DNA from: Candidatus Hydrogenedentota bacterium
GTDB lineage: Bacteria; Hydrogenedentota; Hydrogenedentia; Hydrogenedentales; SLHB01
Direction of reading: 5' to 3'
Assembly: GCA_026387845.1 (NCBI GenBank)
Contig: JAPLKX010000254.1
Location: 1-34,244, forward strand
Length of the DNA: 34,244 nt
Part shown: positions 29,032 through 34,244 of the stretch, piece after piece
Position numbering within the stretch: position 1 is the stretch's first letter
Layout: every line of letters begins with the position of its first letter
Program-made: the position numbers and the translations under genes
The notes under the pieces: generated by a model
What the model saw: only the letters and a program-made list of their open reading frames with translations
Databases searched by the model: none
Told to the model about the DNA's origin: nothing

Positions 29032-30113
29032 CGATTCTTGACCGGTACCTGGGAGCGCGCCTGCTGGCGACGCTTTTCAAGGTCATGGTGTCGCTGGTTC
29101 TCCTGTTTATCCTGATCGACCTGCTCACGCACCGCCGTGGCGAGATCGCGCGGCATGACATCCCCTGGGCGGTCGTGCTCCGGTATTATGCCGCCTACAC
29201 GCCCACGATCCTCTACGAGCACCAGGTTGCCGCGTTTTCGATGCTGGTTGCGGCCCTGTTGGTGCTCGGCGGCGCGGCTCAAAACAACGAAGTCACCGCG
29301 GCACTGGCCGGCGGAATTGGCCTGCGCCGGCTGGTGCTCGTGCCGATTCTGATTTCCGTGGCGCTCGCCGTCGGCGTGTTTATCATGCAGGAAAGCTTCG
29401 GCGCCGCCGCCCGGCGCCAGGCCGACAACATCGAAGCGCGATATTTCTCGAGGGACGGCGCAATCCGCGCCGGGATCAGTTGGCCTGACCTTGCCGGAGA
29501 CTGGACCTGCCACATCATGAAGTTCAACAGGACCGCGCTCACCGGCGAAAACGTATCGATGCACTCGATCCGGGACGACGCGGTCGAACTGATACAGGCA
29601 CGCCGGATTTTCTGGGACCCGGCCTCCGCAAAATGGATGCTCGAAGACGGCCGGTGGTTTACGTTTTTCCCCAACAAAAACTGGGATTACGTGGTTCCGC
29701 GGATTACGCGCAGGCCCGCGCCCATCGTCGAGACCCCGGAAGAACTGTTCGCCCTTGAACAACCCCCGGAAACCAGGACCGTCGGCCAATTAAGGGAGGA
29801 TATTCAGCGGGCGGCCAGCCACGGCATGCCCGTTCAAGGCCACTGGACCGATTTTTATGCAAAGTTTTCCCAGCCCGCGCTGGCGTTTGTGATGATTTTC
29901 CTGGCGATCCCGTTTGCGATGCGGCTGCGCCGCGGCGGGCTCGCCATCGGGTTTGGCGTCAGCATAGCCATCGCCCTGGCGTACCTCCTGTTGTTCCGCA
30001 TGGGCATGGCCCTCGGCCACGTCGAACGGATGCCCGCCCCACTCGCCGCGTGGCTCGCCACCGCCGTGTTCCTGGTCGCCGGCATCGAGATGTTCCGCAG
30101 GACGCCCACGTGA
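29028..30113 (+). CDS. lptG: LPS export ABC permease, LptF/LptG (YjgP/YjgQ) family
   Basis: ATG at 29028 gives MTILDRYLGARLLATLFKVMVSLVLLFILIDL. The ORF-track start at 28797 overlaps lptF in another frame and is rejected. Confidence 0.8.
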   Translation: MTILDRYLGARLLATLFKVMVSLVLLFILIDLLTHRRGEIARHDIPWAVVLRYYAAYTPTILYEHQVAAFSMLVAALLVLGGAAQNNEVTAALAGGIGLRRLVLVPILISVALAVGVFIMQESFGAAARRQADNIEARYFSRDGAIRAGISWPDLAGDWTCHIMKFNRTALTGENVSMHSIRDDAVELIQARRIFWDPASAKWMLEDGRWFTFFPNKNWDYVVPRITRRPAPIVETPEELFALEQPPETRTVGQLREDIQRAASHGMPVQGHWTDFYAKFSQPALAFVMIFLAIPFAMRLRRGGLAIGFGVSIAIALAYLLLFRMGMALGHVERMPAPLAAWLATAVFLVAGIEMFRRTPT

Positions 30114-30144
30114 GCGGTCTGGTGAGGATTGGGGGTAACAAACG

Positions 30145-30705
30145 TCAGACGAAGAAGGGGTTGAACTGTCTTTCGATGGCGATAGTAGATGCGGGGCCGT
30201 GCCCGGGGTGAATTTCGCAATCGGCGGGCAGGGTGAAAATATGCTGGCGGATGGCTTCAATCTGCTGGCGAGCGGCGTCGGATGAACTGGTTCCGCCGAC
30301 GGAGCCGGAAAACAGGGCGTCGCCCGTGAAAACGACTCCGGGAAGTGTGAGGCTCAGGCTGTCAAACGTGTGGCCGGGGGTGGCGAGGACGGTACCTTTA
30401 ATCTCGCCGACGGCGATCTCGTGGCCGTGGACAACGCGCCGGCCGGCGGTTCTTCCGGCGTTCCCGGATCCGGACCAGACTTTGACCCGGTATTGTCTCA
30501 TGAGATCGGTTAGGCCGCTGGTATGATCGTAGTGGTCGTGCGTGATGAACACGCCGCCGAGGTTGAGGTTGTTTTCTTCAATGAAGTCGTGGATTCGGCT
30601 GTCGAAATCGCCGGCGTCGACGAGGATGGCATCGCGGGTCGTTTCGGAGGCGACGAGGTAGCAGTTGGACTCGTTGATGTCGAGCAGAAACGCTTGAAAG
30701 ATCAT
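30145..30705 (-). CDS. MBL-fold metallo-hydrolase (hydroxyacylglutathione-hydrolase-like)
   Basis: ATG at 30705 gives MIFQAFLLDINESNCYLV (186 aa). HxHxDH motif THDHYDH, PGHT, and a late HPGHG. The start overlaps the pentapeptide gene stop (ATGA). Confidence 0.88.
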   Translation of the reverse strand: MIFQAFLLDINESNCYLVASETTRDAILVDAGDFDSRIHDFIEENNLNLGGVFITHDHYDHTSGLTDLMRQYRVKVWSGSGNAGRTAGRRVVHGHEIAVGEIKGTVLATPGHTFDSLSLTLPGVVFTGDALFSGSVGGTSSSDAARQQIEAIRQHIFTLPADCEIHPGHGPASTIAIERQFNPFFV

Positions 30706-31304
30706 CGTTTCATTCCCTGCATATTTGCGCTCTCGAAATTGGCGGTTCCGTGTGCGGCGGTAAAATCGGTGTCGGACAGGTTGGCGCGGCGGAAGATGGT
30801 CCTCTCGATGGTAGAGCCGCGGAACGAGGAAGCGCGCAAGTCGGCGTTGCCCGGCCGCGCATAATAAAGGTCGGCCTGCGAGAAGTCGGCGCCATGGGCT
30901 TTGGCGCCGACGAGGTTGGAGCGCCTGAGATCGGCGCCGGTGAAATCCGCGCCGGACGCGTCGGCCCCGCCGAGGACGGCGAGTTCGAGGTTGGCCTTCC
31001 GCAGTTTGGCGTGCGTAAGATTGGCGCCGTCGAGAAACGCGCGGCGGAAATCGGCCCCGGAGAGGTTGCAGCCGGATAGGTTTGCGCCGGAAAGCCTGGC
31101 ACGGACGCAATTGGCGTTGGACAGGTCGCGGCCGGACAAGTCGATCTCGGCCAGCCAGGCGTCGACCAAGGCGCTGAGGTTCAGCGACTGAATGAACTGG
31201 TCTTTATTTTTAAGGTGAGTCCAGCAATAGGGAGAGCCGGAGAGGGCGAATTTTTCGCACCGGCCCGCGCTGCACGGTACAGGCTCATAATGAGAACTGG
31301 ACAC
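30702..31304 (-). CDS. pentapeptide-repeat protein with N-terminal Cys/His motif
   Basis: Long run of A(D/N)LxX pentads (ANLSGCNLSGADFRRAFLDGANLTHAKLRKANLELAVLGGADASGADFTGADLRRSNL...). Proposed GTG start at 31304 with GGGGAGA 7 nt upstream. CSAGRC...CWTH lies near the N-terminus. Upstream ORF extension rejected. Confidence 0.75.
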   Translation of the reverse strand: MSSSHYEPVPCSAGRCEKFALSGSPYCWTHLKNKDQFIQSLNLSALVDAWLAEIDLSGRDLSNANCVRARLSGANLSGCNLSGADFRRAFLDGANLTHAKLRKANLELAVLGGADASGADFTGADLRRSNLVGAKAHGADFSQADLYYARPGNADLRASSFRGSTIERTIFRRANLSDTDFTAAHGTANFESANMQGMKR

Positions 31305-31485
31305 AGAACCGTCTCCCCAGCCAACCGCCAAAATGGCATCCGTTAGGCTAGATTGTATCAGCCGGCCGTCGCTCCCACAATCCGTCCGTGGCAACACGTT
31401 ATTGCTTCGTTTTATGCCTCTCCGGTAATATCGTGGTTTCGTAGTGAGAGATCGGGCCCGGGCGGCAAAAACTGGAGTAAATGGC

Positions 31486-32379
31486 GTGGAAAAGACAGGG
31501 AAAATCATTGATGGTGCGAAGATTTCGGAGGAAATCAGGCAAGGCCTGCGGCGAGAGGTCGAAGCGCTGGCAAGTCGCGGGGTAACGCCGGGCCTGGCAG
31601 TGGTACTCGTGGGAGAAGACCCCGCAAGCCAGGTGTACGTCCGGCGCAAGAATAAGAGCTGCGTAGACCTCGGCCTGGCGTCGTTCTCGCACGAACTGCC
31701 GGCGGATTGCACGCAGGACCGCCTGCTGGGATTGATAGCGGAACTGAACGCGGACAGCCGGGTCCACGGGATACTCGTCCAGTTGCCGCTGCCCAAACAG
31801 ATTGACGAGCACAAGGTGCTGCTGGCCATCGACCCGGACAAGGACGTGGACGGGTTCCACCCGGTGAACGTGGGCAAAATGCTAAGCGGCGAGCCGGGTT
31901 TCCTGCCGTGTACGCCGGCGGGTTGCCAGCAACTGCTGATCCGGAGCGGCTACAACCCCGACGGCAAGCACGTGGTCATTGTCGGTCGCTCGAATATCGT
32001 TGGAAAACCGCTGGCGGCCATCCTGATGCAGAAAGCGCCAGGGGCGAACGCGACCGTGACGATTTGCCACTCGCGCACCCGGGACCTGCCGTCGATTACG
32101 CGGCAGGGAGAGATCCTGATCGCGGCGATCGGTGTGCCGCGGTTTATCAAAGCCGACATGGTGAAGGAAGGGGCCGTGGTGATCGACGTGGGCGTGAACC
32201 GGGTGGCGGACGCCACGGCGAAAGCGGGGTACCGTCTGGTGGGAGACGTGGATTTCGAGGAGGTCAAAGCCAAGGTTGAAGCCATTACGCCGGTGCCGGG
32301 CGGCGTGGGGCCGATGACGATCGTCATGCTGATGAAAAATACGGTCCAATCGGCGCGGAGAACATTAGAAGAAGCCTGA
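31486..32379 (+). CDS. folD: bifunctional methylenetetrahydrofolate dehydrogenase / methenyl-THF cyclohydrolase
   Basis: IIDGAKISEEI, LAVVLVGEDPASQVYVRRK, HGILVQLPLP, VVIVGRSNIVGKPLA, ITPVPGGVGPMT. Proposed GTG start at 31486 with GGAG 8 nt upstream (the ORF-track start 31444 is also GTG). Confidence 0.92.
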   Translation: MEKTGKIIDGAKISEEIRQGLRREVEALASRGVTPGLAVVLVGEDPASQVYVRRKNKSCVDLGLASFSHELPADCTQDRLLGLIAELNADSRVHGILVQLPLPKQIDEHKVLLAIDPDKDVDGFHPVNVGKMLSGEPGFLPCTPAGCQQLLIRSGYNPDGKHVVIVGRSNIVGKPLAAILMQKAPGANATVTICHSRTRDLPSITRQGEILIAAIGVPRFIKADMVKEGAVVIDVGVNRVADATAKAGYRLVGDVDFEEVKAKVEAITPVPGGVGPMTIVMLMKNTVQSARRTLEEA

Positions 32380-32394
32380 CCACAAGCCAAAAGT

Positions 32395-32443
32395 GGGACA
32401 CCCCCCACAACGCGCGCTGGGAAGCGCGGCCAGGGGGCGTCCC
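32395..32443. repeat. GC-rich hairpin element flanked by an 18-bp duplication of the folD 3' end
   Basis: GGGACACCCCC (32395-32405) pairs with GGGGGCGTCCC (32433-32443) with one mismatch. Inner stem CGCGCT/AGCGCG. GATCGTCATGCTGATGAA occurs at 32319-32336 (inside folD) and again at 32449-32466. Confidence 0.7.
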
Positions 32444-32474
32444 AGCGTGATCGTCATGCTGATGAAGGGACAAC

Positions 32475-32491
32475 GGGCAAGGCTTTTGCCC
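32475..32491 (+). terminator. weak hairpin terminator candidate between folD and flhG (convergent)
   Basis: GGGCAA-GGCTT-TTGCCC followed by ATTCTTCC. Confidence 0.3.
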
Positions 32492-32531
32492 ATTCTTCCT
32501 CCGGACTCCGGTCTCCAGACTCCAGACTTCT

Positions 32532-33392
32532 TCAGGCGTTTGAGGCGATGCCGATGGTTTGTGCGAACCGGTGGAAGAACCCTGCGCGGGCCTCTTTGTT
32601 TTCGGGCTTCTGCTGGATGAGTCTTGTGGCGAGATCGTTGACGCACTTGGTGGCGGGCGCGTTGGGGAATCGCAGGGTGAACGGTTGGGTCTGCATGACG
32701 CCCTGGGCGACGTGCGGGTCTCGCAGGATGTGGCCGAGGTACGACAGGCGCAGGCCGAGATATTGCTGGGCGACGCGGGTGAGATTGGTGGTTACGGCGA
32801 GTGCCTGCTGCGAACTCGCCACCATGTTTACGATCAGCCGGAACACGGCGTCTTCGCGAACGGCCTGAATGGTTTTTATGGTGGCGTAGGCGTCGACGAT
32901 GGCGGAGGGCTCGGGTGTGGTTACGACGAGGACCTCATCGGCGGCGGCGGCGAATGAGATGGCGTTCTGGCCGATCCCCGCCATGGTGTCGATAATGATG
33001 AAGTCGGTCTGTTCCTGGAGGTCTTTGAGGCCCTTGAGGACATTTTGGCGTGCGGCTGCGGACAGGTCGGCCAGCTTGGCGAGGCCCGATGTCCCGGGGA
33101 CCACTTCAATCCCGCCGGGCCCCTGCACGAGGATCTGCATGATGGTCTTCTCGCCGTCGATCACGTGCTGGAGGTTGTAGAGCGAGTTGAGGCCCATGAG
33201 GACCTCGACGTTGGCGAGGCCAAGGTCGGCGTCGAGGACGATGGCGCGTTTTTTGTGGGCAGCGAGCGCAATGGCGAGGTTGACGCTGGTGCTGGTTTTG
33301 CCGACGCCTCCTTTGCCGCTGGTGACGGCGAGCACGCGGGCCAACCGGCCGTTTTGCTTAACAAGCTCGCGTAGATTTTGCGCCTGATCCAA
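32532..33392 (-). CDS. flhG: MinD/ParA-family ATPase FlhG (FleN/YlxH), flagellar number/placement regulator
   Basis: Deviant Walker A TSGKGGVGKTSTSVNLA, and VLDADLGLANV. C-terminal amphipathic tail. Lies directly downstream of flhF. Start is uncertain: TTG at 33392 with GGAGGA 6 nt upstream, or GTG at 33410. The ORF-track start at 33533 overlaps flhF heavily. Confidence 0.85.
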   Translation of the reverse strand: MDQAQNLRELVKQNGRLARVLAVTSGKGGVGKTSTSVNLAIALAAHKKRAIVLDADLGLANVEVLMGLNSLYNLQHVIDGEKTIMQILVQGPGGIEVVPGTSGLAKLADLSAAARQNVLKGLKDLQEQTDFIIIDTMAGIGQNAISFAAAADEVLVVTTPEPSAIVDAYATIKTIQAVREDAVFRLIVNMVASSQQALAVTTNLTRVAQQYLGLRLSYLGHILRDPHVAQGVMQTQPFTLRFPNAPATKCVNDLATRLIQQKPENKEARAGFFHRFAQTIGIASNA

Positions 33393-34244
33393 ACGAATTT
33401 CCTCCGTCACTGACGATAAGCCTCCCGATGGTGCGTGTGCTGGCGAGTTCGATGTCGTCGGGGACATTCTGGCCGATGCTGAAATAGCCGACGGGCAGCC
33501 TGGATTCGACGGCGATGGTAAACATCGCGCCAAACCGGCGGGTTTCGTCGAGCTTGGAAAAGAGCAGCGAGTTGGGCTTGAGGCAGCCGAAATTCTCGAC
33601 GGCGCTGCGTAGGTCTTCGATCTGGGTGTTTGCGCTGAGGACGAGCGTGACGTCGTCCATGGGAACGGCCTCGAGGTTGGTGCGGAGTTCCTGGATCTTG
33701 ACGCTGTTGAACTGGCTGCCGCCCGCGGTGTCGATCAAGATGAGATCGTAATCGGGGAACATGTGCAACGCGCGGGCAAGTTCTTCGGGTGTGTTGGTGA
33801 CCTGCATGGGCAGGCCGATGATGTTGGCATAGACGCGCAACTGTTCGGGAGCGGCCACGCGGTACGTGTCTGTTGTGACCAGCGCCACCCGGGCCCGTTC
33901 CTTGACGGCGAACATGGCGGCCAGCTTGGCGAGGTTGGTGGTTTTTCCCACGCCGGTCGCGCCGACCAGGGCAACAACCCGCCGCTGGCCGCGCGTCAGT
34001 TTGATGCCGCCCGTGACGGACAGGCGTTTTTGCATCTCGACCTTGAGCCGTTCCTGAAACACGCGCGGGTTCCTGATGATGTTCATGTCGCTGCCGGCAA
34101 TAGCCGATGAGAGAAGGGTTGCGGCAAGGGTGCGGCATACGCCGCTCTCGACCATCAATCGGTACCAGGAAATGAATTCGGCCGGCAGGTCGGATCCGGG
34201 GCTCTCCGCCATGAGCACCTGGATCATTTCGCGCATTTCATGGA
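33358..34244 (-). CDS. flhF: SRP-type GTPase FlhF, N-terminus beyond the window edge
   Basis: G domain with GATGVGKTTNLAKLA, DTAG and LSANTQ. The frame stays open to the last base of the window, upstream of the first listed Met (34236). Confidence 0.88.
   Translation of the reverse strand, partial: HEMREMIQVLMAESPGSDLPAEFISWYRLMVESGVCRTLAATLLSSAIAGSDMNIIRNPRVFQERLKVEMQKRLSVTGGIKLTRGQRRVVALVGATGVGKTTNLAKLAAMFAVKERARVALVTTDTYRVAAPEQLRVYANIIGLPMQVTNTPEELARALHMFPDYDLILIDTAGGSQFNSVKIQELRTNLEAVPMDDVTLVLSANTQIEDLRSAVENFGCLKPNSLLFSKLDETRRFGAMFTIAVESRLPVGYFSIGQNVPDDIELASTRTIGRLIVSDGGNSFGSGAKSTRAC

Noticed and set aside
30706-31110. N-terminal extension of the MBL ORF (ORF track 30145-31110)
   Set aside because: This Arg/Pro-rich shadow frame overlaps the pentapeptide gene. 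The MBL domain starts at MIFQAF (30705), with ATGA coupling.
31305-31877. N-terminal 190-aa extension of the pentapeptide ORF (ORF track 30702-31877)
   Set aside because: The extension is antisense to folD and to its promoter region, it is low-complexity, and it lacks pentapeptide periodicity. A GTG with a good RBS at 31304 gives a compact protein.
32393-32620. 75-aa plus-strand ORF downstream of folD
   Set aside because: Its only protein-like stretch (VIVMLMK) comes from the 18-bp duplicated folD tail. The rest overlaps the flhG 3' end in antisense.

Overview
This 34.2-kb window comes from a high-GC bacterium that is diderm (lptF/lptG present) and flagellated (flhF/flhG present). I cannot assign a phylum from sequence alone. 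All product calls rest on motifs I can read in the supplied translations; no homology search was possible.

Core genes, left to right:
- the 3' part of a sigma-54 NtrC-type activator
- an extended-SDR sugar-nucleotide epimerase/dehydratase
- a secreted PHP-like metallohydrolase
- a GntR regulator
- a secreted alpha/beta esterase
- an ECF sigma / anti-sigma / DUF4097 operon
- a 610-aa secreted protein with a C-terminal Ig-like domain and membrane anchor
- a lipoate-protein ligase followed by the glycine-cleavage genes; on the minus strand the order is gcvT-gcvH-gcvPA-gcvPB-ligase
- dCMP deaminase, NAD kinase and a PilZ protein
- a xylose-isomerase-like enzyme, a Zn-alcohol dehydrogenase and a small Cys-containing ORF
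- lptF-lptG
- an MBL hydrolase translationally coupled to a pentapeptide-repeat protein
- folD, then flhG-flhF (flhF runs off the window)

Two regions look accessory. The first, about 4995-5821, is an AT-rich scar holding a truncated large-serine-recombinase fragment. The second, about 9190-15400, is a lower-GC island. Hand counts of single 60-nt lines give 21/60 G+C at 11401 and 31/60 at 13021, against 44/60 at 20101 in gcvPA.

The island holds decayed mobile DNA: a RhuM-type fragment flanked by ~65-bp direct repeats, an IS1595-type transposase tail, and a 234-bp MITE-like insertion with 17-bp terminal inverted repeats and an 11-bp target duplication. It also holds two co-oriented tRNA genes with unusual anticodon loops. 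One has a clean CUUUAAA loop, so its anticodon is UUA, an ochre-suppressor type. Between them lies a coiled-coil / HARE-HTH-like gene.

Divergent from that gene is an orphan ~988-aa protein. It fuses a PD-(D/E)xK-like N-terminus, a gamma-class N6-adenine methyltransferase core (DFACGTGT ... NPPF) and a long uncharacterised C-terminus. This two-gene module plus the suppressor-type tRNA is my best candidate for an undescribed or atypical defence/modification system.

A family of long palindromic intergenic repeats (GGGGACAG...CAAACTGCC...GTCCCC) recurs at least four times in the core region.
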